The translations under genes were made by a program, and so were the position numbers. Source: the human T2T-CHM13v2.0 reference genome, Homo sapiens. Taken from it: a stretch of DNA of 64,000 nucleotides. Positions 1 through 25,081 of this stretch are shown here, in pieces; positions within the stretch are counted from its first letter, which is position 1; each line of letters starts with the position of its first letter. The notes under the pieces were generated by a model. That model was not told the origin of the DNA, ran no database searches, and worked only from the letters and a program-made list of their open reading frames with translations. The DNA lies in assembly GCF_009914755.1 (NCBI RefSeq), contig NC_060935.1, one strand, 5' to 3'.

Positions 1-5007
<5,007 letters not shown>

Positions 5008-5525
5008 TCCCATGAGACCCTGGCTTTCTGCTGCACATTCAGAATCACTCGCCCACGCTCCGGGAGGGCAGCGAGGGTGTGGGCGGCCCGTGCGCATCCA
5101 CCGTTCTTTGACCCTATCCCACGCCAGCTTGTGTGGCTGCGGAGTGGGCACATCCCTGGACTGAGAGTGCCTTGAGGAAAAGGGCTGCCCTCCTGTTTCT
5201 GCGATTAAGGATGCCTATGAACGGAATCTGCCGTATCAGTGGACATTTTTGTGTTTAAAAGGAGAACGCATCTTTATTGAGCGCCAGCTGTGACTCAAGC
5301 ACTCACAGCAAATCCTGTGAAGTGATGTTACAGCAGATTCTAGGAAGTAAGACCCTCCCTAAGGCCTGGAACTTTCTGGTGTTGCCATGCATATTGTAGA
5401 TGGCATGTGTGTGAAATTTTGCACATAGTTTGTGCGTGTGTGTATTTCATTCACAGTTTCTTGAAGCCTAGGCTAAAAAAATTTCATTAACAATCAAGTG
5501 TCATTAATAGACGATACAATAGTTC

Positions 5526-5984
5526 TTATAAAACATACACTGAAAGATGGCCGAATAGGAACAGCTCCAGTCTACAGCTCCCAGCGTGAGCAACGCAGAA
5601 GACGGGTGATTTCTGCATTTCCATCAGAAGTACCGGGTTCATCTCACTAGGGAGTGCCAGACAGTGGGCGCAGGACAGTGGGTGCAGCGCACCATGCACG
5701 AGCCGAAGCAGGGCGAGGCATTGCCTCACTTGGGAAGCGCAAGGGGTCAGGGAGTTCCCTTTCCTAGTCAAAGAAAGGGGTGACAGACAGCACCTGGAAA
5801 ATCGGGTCACTCCCACCCTAATACCGCGCTTTTCCGACGGGCTTAAAAAACGGCGCACCAGGAGATTATATCCCGCACATGGCTCGGAGGGTCCTATGCC
5901 CACAGAGTCTCGCTGATTGCTAGCACAGCAGACTGAGATAAACCTGCAAGGCGGAAGCAAGGCTGAGGGAGGGGTGCCCGCCAT
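5526..5984 (-). CDS. L1 antisense ORF0-like reading frame, 152 aa (extended)
   Basis: MAGTPPSALLPPCRFISVCCASNQRDSVGIGPSEP... resembles the ORF0 N-terminus. The frame stays open to a stop outside the L1 5' end. Expression unknown. Confidence 0.45.
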   Translation of the reverse strand: MAGTPPSALLPPCRFISVCCASNQRDSVGIGPSEPCAGYNLLVRRFLSPSEKRGIRVGVTRFSRCCLSPLSLTRKGNSLTPCASQVRQCLALLRLVHGALHPLSCAHCLALPSEMNPVLLMEMQKSPVFCVAHAGSCRLELFLFGHLSVYVL

Positions 5985-6569
5985 TGCCCAGGCTTGGTTA
6001 GGTAAACAAAGCAGCCGGGAAGCTTGAACTGGGTGGAGCCCACCACAGCTCAAGGAGGCCTGCCTGCCTCTGTAGGCTCCACCTGTGGGGGCGGGGCACA
6101 GACAAACAAAAAGACAGCAGTAACCTCTGCAGACTTAAATATCCCTGTCTTTGACAGCTTTGAAGAGAGCAGTGGTTCTCTCAGCATGCAGCTGGAGATC
6201 TGAGAATGGGCAGACTGCCTCCTCAAGTGGGTCCCTGACCCCTGACCCCCGAGCAGCCTAACTGGGAGGCACCCCCCAGTAGGGGTAGACTGACACCTCA
6301 CACGGCCGGGTACTCCCCTGAGACAAAACTTCCAGAGGAACGATCAGACGGCAGCATTCGCGGTTCACAAAAATCCGCTGTTCTGCAGCCACCGCTGCTG
6401 GTACCCAGGCAAACAGGATCTGGAGTGGACCTCTAGCAAACTCCAACAGACCTGCAGCTGAGGGTCCTGTCTGATAGAAGGAAAACTAACAAACAGAAAG
6501 GACATCCACACCAAAAACCCATCTGTACATCACCATCATCAAAGACCAAAAGTAGATAAAACCACAAAG

Positions 6570-7585
6570 ATGGGAAAAAAACAGCAGAAAAACTGGAAAC
6601 TCTAAAAAGTAGAGTGCCTCTCCTTCTCCAAAGGAACACAGCTCCTCACCAGCAACGGAACAAAGCTGGATGGAGAATGACTTTGACGAGTTGAGAGAAG
6701 AAGGCTTCAGACGATCAAACTACTCCGAGCTACAGGAGGAAATTCAAACCAAAGGCAAAGAAGTTGAAAACTTTGAAAAAAATTTAGACGAATGTATAAC
6801 TAGAATAACCAATACAGAGAAGTGCTTAAAGGAGCTGATGGAGCTGAAAGCCAAGGCTCGAGAACTACGTGAAGAATGCAGAAGCCTCAGGAGCCGATGC
6901 GATCAACTGAAAGAAAGGGTATCAGTGATGGAAGATGAAATGAAGGAAATGAAGCAAGAAGGGAAGTTTAGAGAAAAAAGAATAAAAAGGAACGAACAAA
7001 GCCTCCATGAAATATGGGACTATGTGAAAAGACCAAATCTACGTCTGATTGGTGTACCTGAAAGTGATGGGGAGAATGGAACCAAGTTGGAAAACACTCT
7101 GCAGGATATTATCCAGGAGAAACTTCCCCAATCTAGCAAGGCAGGCCAACATTCAGATTCAGGAAATACAGGGAACGCCACAAAGATACTCCTCGAGAAG
7201 AGCAACTCCAAGACACATAATTGTCAGATTCACCAAAGTTGAAATGAAGGACAAAATGTTAAGGGCAGCCAGAGAGAAAGGTCGGGTTACCCACAAAGGG
7301 AAGCCCATCAGACTAACAGCGGATCTCTCGGCAGAAACTCTACAAGCCAGAAGAGAGTGGGGGCCAATATTCAACATTCTTAAAGAAAAGAATTTTCAAT
7401 CCAGAATTACATATCCAGCCAAACTAAACTTCATAAGCGAAGGAGAAATAAAATACTTTACAGACAAGCAAATGCTGAGAGATTTTGTCACCACCAGGCC
7501 TGCCTTACAAGAGCTCCTGAAGGAAGCACTAAACATGCAAAGGAACAACCGGTACCAGCCACTGCAAAATCATGCCAAGTTGTAA
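6570..7585 (+). pseudogene. L1 ORF1p, disrupted
   Basis: Early frameshift/stop after the ATG and a second frameshift near 7120. ORF track fragments 6670-7242 and 7049-7585. Confidence 0.9.
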
Positions 7586-7633
7586 AGACCATCGATGCTC
7601 GGAAGAAACTGCATCAACTAATGAGCAAAATAA

Positions 7634-11471
<3,838 letters not shown>

Positions 11472-11765
11472 ACAATGAGAACACATGGACGCAGGAAGGG
11501 GAACATCACACTCTGGGGACTGTTGTGGGGTGTGGGGAGGAGGGAGGGAGAGCATTAGGGGATATACCTAATGCTAAATGACTAGTTAATGGGTGCAGCA
11601 CACCAGCATGGCACATGTATACAACTGTAACTAACCTGCACATTGTGCACATGTACCCTAAAACTTAAAATATAATAATAATAAAAAATAAATAAAAAAT
11701 GAAAACACATTAAAATAAATAAATAAACATGCACTGATGTTGCCATGCCCCCCCCCAAAAAAAAA

Positions 11766-12578
11766 GAACTTTACTGAGAGGAGGACCTCTACCCCAATCC
11801 CTTCCTTTACTCAGGTAAAACGTACCCCATTACTTATCCAAAGTCAGCCAATTGGTGCTGCAGTTTATTTCCTTTGGATGGGGATAGTAACTAAGCTGAA
11901 AGATTAGCAGATTTAATTTTTGGAGGCTCTCATTTGTAAATGCACTTCAGTGCATTGTTGTTTATTCAGAACATTCTACTGTAAGTTACCTTTAGTAAGA
12001 TTTTGTCATTTTCTGTGAGACTTTGCTGCCTCCTGTGCCTAATGCATAAGCCAGAAGGAACTCAGGTTTTCAGAAGTTATGTATCCCATTTTTACATAAA
12101 ATATTGGCTTTGCTCTCAGATTCCCTTGATTAACCTAGCCAATGATTTTTCCTACCTAAGTGGGCAAGAAAAATGAAACAAAGGGATGAAACAAAAAAAT
12201 CCTTGCAAATCTTTAAGAGCTAAATTTTATACCCCTAAAATATTACCATTTGCTGTCAGTTTCTTTCTGACCCAGTCAGATGTAAGAGGCCTCTAACTGG
12301 ATCCAAGCCAATTAATTACCAGACCAAATCCATTCCTGGACCCAGCCCAGTTTCCGTCATGACTTCCAAACCCAGTTTGGTTCAGAAATTTGCTCAAAGA
12401 AACTCGGAGAGCTCAAAATGCAAATCCGTGGGGCTCCAAAATCCAAGAGACAACTTACACTCCCCAGCTACTCTGAGAGATCAGAGGACACAAGTGGATC
12501 CTGTGGGCACCTTACTTGTTCACTCAGCACTCCTGGGGGTCGTTAGAAGCTATACTTCAGACCCCACTTCTGACACCA
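11766..12578 (-). mobile_element. ERV1 internal 5' region (MER57-int-like)
   Basis: Abuts the PBS and LTR and continues the 2908-5007 segment across the TSD. Confidence 0.7.
12561..12578 (-). other. Retroviral primer-binding site complementary to the tRNA-Leu 3' end
   Basis: Minus strand reads TGGTGTCAGAAGTGGGGT, 2 nt from the LTR end. Confidence 0.8.
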
Positions 12579-12580
12579 TT

Positions 12581-13007
12581 TGTTTAAACAAAAACGTCAG
12601 CTGAATTAAATTTAAAGGAGTCTAATTGAAAAATGAACAATTTGTGAATCGGGCAGCCCCCAGAATCACAGCAGATTCAGAGAGACTCCAGGGATGCCTT
12701 GTGGTCAGAACAAATTTATAGACCAAAAAAAAGTAAAATGACATACAGAAATTGGAAGTGAGGTACAGAAACAGCTGGATTCATTACAGTTCAGCAGTTG
12801 CCTTATTTGCACACAGTTTGAACCCTCAGCAGTGTGTGACTGGATGAAATATGGCTGCTGGGATTGGCGAAGACTCAGTGATTGTTACAGGCGCATACTC
12901 CTAAATTAAGTTTTCAATCTTGTCTATTAAGTTAGGTTACAGTTCATCCACAAGGACTCAAATATAGAATTACAGAGTCCTTTTCAGGCCATATTTAGTT
13001 TGCTTTA
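12581..13007 (-). mobile_element. MER57-type ERV1 5' LTR
   Basis: Minus strand aaagcaaactaaatatggcctgaaaaggactc...aattcagctgacgtttttgtttaaaca resembles the MER57A/B consensus. Adjacent PBS. Confidence 0.8.
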
Positions 13008-13129
13008 TATATATATAGAGAGAGAGCTTTGTATCCTACCTTTTTCACCTAAGGTTATCTCTTATAAATGGATACAATTTTATCATTTGAATCCTGTTCC
13101 ATTGTTGAACCTCAATTTAGAAAACTGGG

Positions 13130-13682
13130 ATTCTGAACAATAATTTTCCTGTCTACCCTTCAGCATTCTTAGTTGAGACAAACCCTTTTAACAAAGACAG
13201 ATTATCAAGAGAAAAACAAGTTTATTAACATATATACCTCGTGTGTGCATGTGATACCTAAGGGAAGATAAGTAAATCCCAAAGAGGTAGCTTTGAGTTC
13301 AGGCATGAATACCATGGAAGGGAAGGCTAGTTATGGGGAGATGCCCAGGAAAAGCATAGTAAACAAAGGTAAAGTTTATTATGCAGATTTAAGTTGGTGC
13401 CTTCTCCATTTATAACATAAAAGAGTTTCTAGTGATTGGAAGTCATCCTTCTCTTCCTGGTATAGAGAGGGAGACAACCCTGCAAATGGAGATTTCCTTT
13501 ACAGATGTACATTTCTCTTACAAAAGGGTAACTTCCCTTGTTTTCAGTACTTCTCCTGTATTTGCAGTTTCTCCAAATAATCAGCTCAAAACAATTCTTC
13601 TGCCAAAGAGGCGTATTTTGGGATGGAATATTCTGGCCTCCTACAGTCATATTTTGGGATAGCATATCTTGAACCCCATCAG
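13130..13682 (-). mobile_element. MER34-family LTR
   Basis: Minus strand ...cccaaaatatgactgtaggaggccagaatattccatcccaaaatacgcctctttggc... resembles the MER34A 5' end. Confidence 0.7.
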
Positions 13683-13699
13683 TAGTTACTGACAGAAGT

Positions 13700-13987
13700 T
13701 ATTCACAAAAGACCAAATATATGATTCTATCTATATGAAATGTTCAGAATAGGCAAATATATAGAGATAGAAAGAGACTCAATACTGTATGGGACTGAGG
13801 GAGGTGGAGGAATGTGGGGTGACTGCTAATAGCAATGGGGTTTCTTTTGGGGGTGATGAAAATGTTTTAAAACCAATGGTAATGATAGTTGCACAACTCT
13901 GGGAATATACTACAAACCACAAAATTGTATACTTTAAATGGGTAAATTGTAAAATATGTGAATTATATCTCAATAAAACTGTTGAAA
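13700..13987 (+). mobile_element. Old L1M (L1MB-like) 3' end
   Basis: ggggtgactgctaat...ggggtgatgaaaatgtt...gtgaattatatctcaataaa, a typical L1MB 3'UTR. Confidence 0.7.
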
Positions 13988-14332
13988 GAGAACAAGATTA
14001 CTGCCTGAATCAGTTTTTTCAACCATTCACTTGAAGTGTCAGCAGTGAATATTAATTTTCTTTTTCCTTTTCTCTTCCTGACAGGGATGAGGGTTAAAAA
14101 CCTGATGTTGGCCTCTGACAGGAGGAGGCAGTATACTACAATTATTAAAAGTTCAGGAATTGCCCTATCAGCTCAATGCTATCTGACCTTGGGCAAATCT
14201 GTGCTTAATCTCTTCATTTCTCAGATTTTTTGTTTTTTTTTTTTTCAGTTCCAAAATAGGGAATAATAGTACATATTTCATAGGTTGTTGGGAAAATAAG
14301 TGAGATAATCCTTTTAAAGTGTTGAGTACATT

Positions 14333-14686
<354 letters not shown>

Positions 14687-17600
14687 TTATAAATAATTCT
14701 ATGCTTTGATCAATTAACACTTCCTAGGAATAATGACACCAATTGCATGTTTTAAAGGGCCATTGATACCTGTTTGAGTGATAATGACTTGCAAATAAAT
14801 TGAGTTCAGTCTCCACTTTTGGGATCCCTTGGTGTGTGGTTTGTTGGCTCACTCACTCTGTGAGTGAACTTGCCTGGCTGCAGAGTAACTGGCAGTAGTT
14901 CAGCATAGGTCTGTTGCCTGTTCAAGTCAAAGCAAATGTATCTGCCTTGGGAGTGTGTAGTTGTGTGTCCATATATTCCCAATAGAAAGAAGAAATCAAT
15001 GCATTGAAGCAAGTATGTTTATTGTTATGAAGCAGACTCCCTAGTTAGCAGAACTGCTTGGTGCCCAACTATAAGAAAAATAAAGAAGTTATTTTAGGAA
15101 TAACTTTACTTAAAGTTATTTAAGAAACACATTAGGAAATATATTCCCACTTTAAAGTAAACGCTACTGAGATTCTTCACTCCCTACCTCCTCTTCTCCC
15201 TTCCCCTGCAGCTTTACCTTATCCTTCTCTTTCTTACTGGAGCCCCAGACCTCCTAATTGAACCACAGCACCAATAGATTATAGTCATTTAAAAACTAAG
15301 GTGGGCATGGTTTCCAAGCTGCCTGGTGGACTGGAGCATTGTTACAAAGCAGAGGGATTGAGCTTTAAATGGCTTAATAAAATTAACACTTTGTGATGTC
15401 TTCTTCCTCCTGCTCCAGCTCCTCTCTGCACTGACAGGAGACTTGATAGTATACTCTTTGCCAAAAGCTTGAAGGGCTGATTACACAGCGAACCTGGAGA
15501 GAGGAGTGAAGCTGTCAGGACTCCCCCATAGCAGCCACGCTTCAGGTTTCCAGTGCAGGATTGTATTTGACAGTTAATTTAGGAGCCGGGGTACCTAGAT
15601 ATAAAACTTTATTGTGATAATAGTGATAAAATCACCCAGACTTTTATTTAAGGGCCTGCTGCTCTCCTGTCCCCCTCCTTCCTCTTTCCCTGTTAGTTCA
15701 AGCTCTCATTCAGTTAAAGAAATAAAATCAGATTTGCTCAGGGAAAAAGGTGTTTTCTTTGATATTCTTAGACCAAACCTGCAGAATGCAACTCTCGGTC
15801 TACCTCAGATCTATATGTAGATGCTTATACATATATATAAATATAAAATTTGAGAACAGTGCCTCTCTCCTGATTGACTGCATTTAGCCAAAGGGCAGAA
15901 TTTATCAGGTCTTTACACCTACGAAGAGACATTTCATTCAACCCAGTGATTCAGCTGATGTTCATCCCCTTGTTTAATGACTTTTGTTTACCTCTGCAGC
16001 AGGCAAAATAGATTCTACCATGTCTCCCTACTTCCTAACTCAGCCCATTTATTTAGACATTATGATCCCCTTTTATAAATGAAGAAACAAAGATTTAAGA
16101 GGTTAAGTGACTTGTTCACGAGGCTAAAGATGCTAGTAAGTTGCCTTTCTATGACTTCTATATAGAAGTTATTAACTTTTGCCTATAGAAGATGTATTGA
16201 GAATGGTATTCCAATGTAGTATTTGTTCAGACTTAAGGGTAAAAGTTTACATTGAATATGACATGCTTTTTTTTTTTTTTTGGTGAAAGAGCACAAATAT
16301 TGGAGTCAGATGACATGAGTCCATATATTTCAGTTTTATCTATAAAGGAGGACTAATCATACTATATTTTTATTAATGAAGATCCTGAAAATGAAAACTT
16401 GTGAGGAGATAAGAAACAGTGGAAGATGATTTTGGGGACTTAAATGTATGTTAGCAACTGTAGTTAGTTTAAGAGCACTGTGGTTCTTGGGTAAGCAGGT
16501 TGTTAGCTCCTTAAGGGAGTAGAGTAGGGTTTCAGTCTACAAAGAAGAGAAAATACCATGAGAGGCAAGTTGTGAGATTGAGGAGCCAACTACGCCCATA
16601 GACTGACTTTGTGTAGGTACAGAGGAACAGAATGTGACCCATCCTTCCTGTGCTTTCTGTACTTTGCTTCTGTATCATTGAAGTAGACTGACCCTGAGAT
16701 GTTGGGCAGTCAGATCTGATCAAATCAGAAAAGGCAGCCATTGCTCCTTGACACCTTGTGGCCATTTATTTGAAACTGAGGCAAGGAGCCTCAGTATTGA
16801 TATCTTTACTTTTCAATGCCTAGGATGAGTAGGAAAGTCTTTTAGATGTTCCCTTGGGAAATTAGATCTAAACTCCCAAGGGCATAGGCTCCCTCTTTTC
16901 TTTAGGAAAGCTTATTGGGGACTCTTCTTCTGTGAGAGCTCAGTAGATACCATATGGGAGGCACACAATAAAAGTTCACAGTTACTATTATCTCTAATGA
17001 GCAGAATGGTTCTGCTGATGGTTCTGTGTGCCCGGAGAGCCCTAAGTGCTTTCCATGTATTATTTTGTGTTAAGTTTAGAAAAATATCTATGAGAATGTT
17101 ATTATTACCCTCATTTTACAAAGAAACTTTTTATGGAGAAATTTTCACCTTTCTGAGCTTCAGAAGCATGGAGTTAGCAGAACCAGTCCTCAAACCCCTT
17201 TCTCTACTCTATCAAAGTCCATATGCTGTACCGTTGTGACCCTATGTAGGAAAGAAGACTCAGCAAACATGAGAGCTACGTCTCAGTGCCCTTTCCTGAG
17301 TATTTGTGGCAGTATGCAGTTGTTTTGGTGTTGTGTTTTAATAAAATACAAATAACTGTGGCTTTATAGGGAAACTGCTTGAGAGAACTGGAATGGAGAT
17401 TGAGTCTTATTTTAAAATTGCTTTAATCTTCAGATAAAATAGGCTTTCTTTGTATATTCAAGTCTAACTTATTTTAAGTCAAGACTTAAAAATAGTATAA
17501 ATTCTGTATAGTTGCCCCTCAAACTTTCAGTGTCACTTTCCACCTCCCACTTCTACACGATAGTTCCCGAAGCAGAAGTTGTCTTTCTAGTTTATGCATA

Positions 17601-18161
17601 GGCTAAGGTGTTAAGAAAGCAGGAAAACAAGATGGAATAGAAGCTCTCACCCTTATTCTTGGTGTTACAAGTCCTGGGTGTCTCTGGGGACACATTCTTC
17701 TAGTTTCATATTCCTATAGCAGGGGCCACCCAGAATTTTTTTGTTTGCTCAGAAGTTTGTGATTGCTTTCTTTATTGCCACCCTGGGGTCAGGCAAAGAG
17801 AAGCAACTTAAGAGCAAGCATTAGTATTGAGTCATAGTGAACCCAGCATCCCCAGTGAACTGCTTTCTGTTGCATCCAATTCAGTGTCATGTCACTGGGT
17901 TACACATCAAGTTGTCATGGCAATAAAGTTATAGCAGCTGACAGTGTGAACAAGCAGCCCTGGGAGGAGAGGATGCTTGGCGGCGATGCCACAGTCATAG
18001 TGGTTAGACATCCATCTCTCACGTTAAGGGGTGCTTGCCAGTCAGCTGTGACTGTGTCTCAGGTAACTGGGGAGCACAGTTGCTGTGTACTTCACAGTTA
18101 TTAGGCCCTTTAAAGTACAAAGCCTCTAGGAAACATGGTCCTGAGCCTATATTATTCTCTC

Positions 18162-18162
18162 T

Positions 18163-18193
<31 letters not shown>

Positions 18194-18210
18194 GGTGTGG
18201 GTGTGGGTGT
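18162..18210. repeat. (TG)n microsatellite with (GGTGTG)n tail
   Basis: Direct reading. Confidence 0.9.
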
Positions 18211-18415
18211 ACACAAGGACATGTATATTTATGACTATATGGAGGAGGGAGAACCATGAAGGGAAGGCAATTCAGAAGAAGCATAGGGTCATATTCATGA
18301 AGCTGTTAAGGAACAATACAGAATTAGGGCTTAAGTACCAAAATTTATAGTCTTATGAAGAAATATTCTGGCCACAAGTAGAGGAAGGATGGAGTAGTCT
18401 GACTGAGATAGGGGG

Positions 18416-18821
18416 TGTATTAGTCCATTCTTGCATTGGTATAAAGAACTACCTGAGACTGGGTAATTTACAAAGAAAAGAGGTTTAATTGGCTCACGGT
18501 TCTGCAGGCTGTACAGGAAGCATAGTGGCTTCTGGGGAGGCCTCAGAAAACTTACAGTCATTGTGGAAGGTGAAGAGGAAGCAGGCATGTCATACGTGGC
18601 TGGAGCAGGAGGAAGAGAGAGAGGAAGGAAGTGCTACCCATTTTTAAACCAGATCTTGTGAGAACTCCCTCATTATACAGTACCAAGAGGGATGGTGGTA
18701 AATCACTCATGAGAACTCCACCCTTATGATCCAGTCATCTCCCACCAGGCCCCACCTTCAACATTGTGGATTACAATTGAATGTGAGATTTGGGTGGGGA
18801 CACAGATCCAAACCATATCCA
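18416..18821 (-). mobile_element. MaLR solo LTR (MSTA/MSTB-like)
   Basis: tgtattagtccattcttgcatt...gggacacagatccaaaccatatc. Confidence 0.85.
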
Positions 18822-20189
18822 AAAGCATTTGTTTCTGGGAGTCAAAGCTATAAGCCAAGAAAAAGACTATATAAGAGAAAGCTGTGTTCCAAGCACCAAG
18901 GCAGAGGGAGTGAAGAGCACATATAATCACTAAGTTTGAAGGGGCCAGAGCTGGGATTTGAGACCAAGAATAGAAAGCCAAGGATTCAAGGCCAAGAGGA
19001 AATGAAAAGAGACAGAAAGCTGATCAAGAACAAGTTGGAGTTAGAAGCAAGATGCTAACCAGTGTCCTCAAATCACTCAAGAGTTCTTTGTGACTTTGAA
19101 TTTTGTTTTAGCAAATTAGTGGTGCAGGGGGCAGTGGGACTAGGTTAAAAGGTCTAAATGGGGTGAGCAGGGGGTGCTAAAGTGGAGCCTCGAAGATGGG
19201 TCTAGGTGTTTAGCAGGGAGTATTTGGAAGGGAATACAAATAAAAGAAGGGGATTTTCATGTATATGGGGCAACATCTCTGCAGCCAGACTGGTAAAGGG
19301 ACACATGTGGGATAGCCTCTGACCTTCAGTCAGAATGTATTGCCCACTGTTTTTTGCAGGGCCCTTAGTTAAAGTGTCATAATTTTTCCTTGAGGTAGTA
19401 GTAAGTCAAGAGACCTATTATCTGGTGGAGAAAATAAAACTTGACTCCAGAGTTTGGAGCCTGATAACTGCCTAAATCATGGCGTCATTAAGGGGAATAG
19501 AGGAAACAAGTTGACATTTGAAGGGGATCTGTAGGAGAATAATGTTGGGTCAGAAGGCAGATTGTATAATCAAACTATTTGGGTTTAAAATCTGCTACGT
19601 ACTGTATGCCTGAATTTGGGCAGGTTTCTTACCTCCCTTCTTCAATTTCTTCATCTGTAAATGGGTATAATAATACTAGCCACCTCTTGGCATCATCATG
19701 ATAATTAATTGCAGTATACACATAAAGTGCTTAGAATAGTGTCTAATATGTGGGGCACTGAAAAAAGGTAGCAGTGATAATGAATGAGGAGGGGAAGGGT
19801 TCAGTTTGACGCCTGATGGTTTGGATAATAGAAATGTATCCAGGTAGAGAAGTACATCAGCCAAGAGCAACTGTGAGACTGATTTCCTGTAGAGAAAATC
19901 TAGGCATAGGAGCCATCCTTATGGAGGTAGTAGTTGAATTTCCAAAGATGGAATGAAATTGTTAAGGCAGAGTGTAGAGTAGTGCTTCTCTCAGTGGAAA
20001 GTGATTTTGCCCCCAGAGGGCGGTGTTTAAAGACTAAGGGGTGTCAATATGCTGAATGCTACAGAGAGGTCAGTAGTGAAATTAAATAGAGTTGGTGACT
20101 AGTAGATGCCTTTGTGGTGGGGGAAAAAAGGGTAGCAAGTGTTTGTATGTTACTTTTTTTTTAAAGTCTGGTGTCAAAGGTAGAAGTCA

Positions 20190-20440
20190 GCTCCCTGTGA
20201 TTTCATCTCCAACCTGACCAATCAGGACTCCTGACTCCCTGGTCCCCTGTCTGCCAAATTATCCTTAAAAAACCCCAGTCCTCAAATTTTCAAGGAGACT
20301 GATTTGAGTAATAATAAAACTCTGGTGTCCTGTTCAGCCAGCTCTGCGTGCATTAAACTCTTTCTCTATTGTAATTCCCCTTTCTTGATAAATTGGTTCT
20401 ATCTGGGCAGTAGGCAAAGTGAACCCACTGGGCGGTTACA
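20190..20440 (+). mobile_element. LTR8-like ERV1 LTR, 3' fragment
   Basis: ccaatcag...gagactgatttgagtaataataaaact...gggcggttaca. Confidence 0.65.
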
Positions 20441-21108
20441 AAACTGTGCCTCTGAGAACCAGGATTAGACCACTGGTAAGCAATTCAGAACAGAGGAAAG
20501 CACCAAGATAGAAGCAGAGGCCCCAAATGTCAGTCAGTCATACCAACCAGCTGTGTGATCTTGGGCAAGTAGCTGAATTTCTCAGAGCCTCATTTTTTTT
20601 TTTTATTATAAAAAATGAAAAGCCAAACTCAGTTTCCTTTTATCTCTAACATAATATAACTGCATAGATTTTAGACTCTTGAAGGAGTAATTCACTAATC
20701 CAGATTTGTCTCTAATCACATCTGTTGCCAAAACAAGAGTGGAGATTCAGGGCACCAGGAATCTAACTCAGTAGTTGTTAGGATGAGATAGCCAAAATAA
20801 GAAGTGAAGAAGATAATAGAATAATCTTGTCTTTTGACAATGCTCCTTAGCTGTTTTGGATGTCATTATTTTCATGGGCTTAAATCGAAATGGGCTTTTA
20901 AAAACTTTGATTATTCTAGAAAGGGGGAGTCATATTGGGAAGGAAGGGTCTTAAAGGTATTAAATGGGAAGGCAGAGAATGAAAATGTTGACAAATCTGG
21001 GTATAAGGTTTAAGCAGAATTATCTTTCCTGGTCCATTTGATGGTCACCCCACCCCCAGATCTTCTCTAGGCTTCTCAGTGGCTATTTAGTTTTCTGTTT
21101 TAATTGTA

Positions 21109-21163
21109 TTAGGTTGGTGTAAAAGTAATTGCAGTTTTTGCCAGTGAAATGGCACCAACATAA
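21109..21163. mobile_element. MADE1 (Hsmar1-derived MITE), internally deleted
   Basis: ttaggttggtgtaaaagtaattgcagtttttgcc...gcaccaacataa, flanked by TA. Confidence 0.8.
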
Positions 21164-21174
21164 TATTAACATTT

Positions 21175-24025
<2,851 letters not shown>

Positions 24026-25081
24026 TAAGCCACATTTCTTTTAAAAAATAGTTTTTAAAAAGTGTTACATGTTATTTTAGAAAATTTGGACTGAGAAGTG
24101 AAAAAGAGAAAAGTACTTGTAATTCCACCATTCACAGATAACCACTCTCCAACATTTTGGTATTTATTTTGGTCTTTTATAATGAAAATAATAACAGTAA
24201 CAACAGCAATAGTAAATACCATTATATTATTTCATTGAGTGGATACCTGAAGTAACTAAGCGGTTAACTGAGATAGAGTTCCAGTGGTAGTACCTTATTA
24301 ACAAAGTGGAGGTGATGAAAGAAGTAAAGATACAAATGACTGCTTTTGCCTGGAGGCTTCTGAAGAAGATGAGAAAGATAGCTTAATGAAGAGTTTAAAT
24401 GTTCACTTCAGTAAACTTTTGTCCTTTCATTCTCAATACCCCATTGTAAAACCTGCTCATTTCAGGCTTCTAACTAGGTCGCTGAGGATGACATCACTGA
24501 GAATGTTGGTAGTGGAATGCTGTTCAGAGTTTATGTCTACCGTGTTTCTAGGCTGCTGAATAATTTTCTAAGCCTGGTGGGTGGGCAGTTGTTTTATTCA
24601 CAAATAGTGGCTATTCCACTGATACACAAAAGACACAAGAAATAGGAGATCTTGCCATCCATTGAAAAAGCCTTGACCTCCTTGTTGATGAAGTTTTTCC
24701 CTTGCCTGCCCTCACTGGAGTCTGGCCTAAGTTTGGAAGGAGCTGTCTTGGAGTACAATGTAGGAATAAATGCTGAAGGCTAAACAGATGCCTTAACTTT
24801 GAACTTCCCAACTTGAAGTTTCCATAGACACTGGCAAGTGGGGAGGACACTGTGCTGTGGGAGTGTGGACAGCTTGTAGCATCTGAAAAAGTTCCATTTC
24901 CTGCTTTTTTGTTTTTCTGTTTTAGAACAATGGCCTTTCAAATGAGGAAGAGGGAAGTGAAAATGGACTTTTTGGGGAGATATTTAGAGTCTTCAAACTC
25001 TATTTCATGCAGTCTACAATTTTTAAAGTTATTTTTGGAGTAGTCTCCTTAACACCTTGCAGGAAATTTGGCTTGTAGGAC

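Noticed and set aside
5100-5250. H/ACA snoRNA or TERC-like RNA (ACATTT end, ccaccgttc)
   Set aside because: No match to any small RNA I can recall beyond a few bases, and no clear hairpin-hinge-hairpin. An Rfam search is needed.
11697-11724. L1 3' transduction (tgaaaacacatt within the tail)
   Set aside because: Too short to distinguish from a degenerated A tail.
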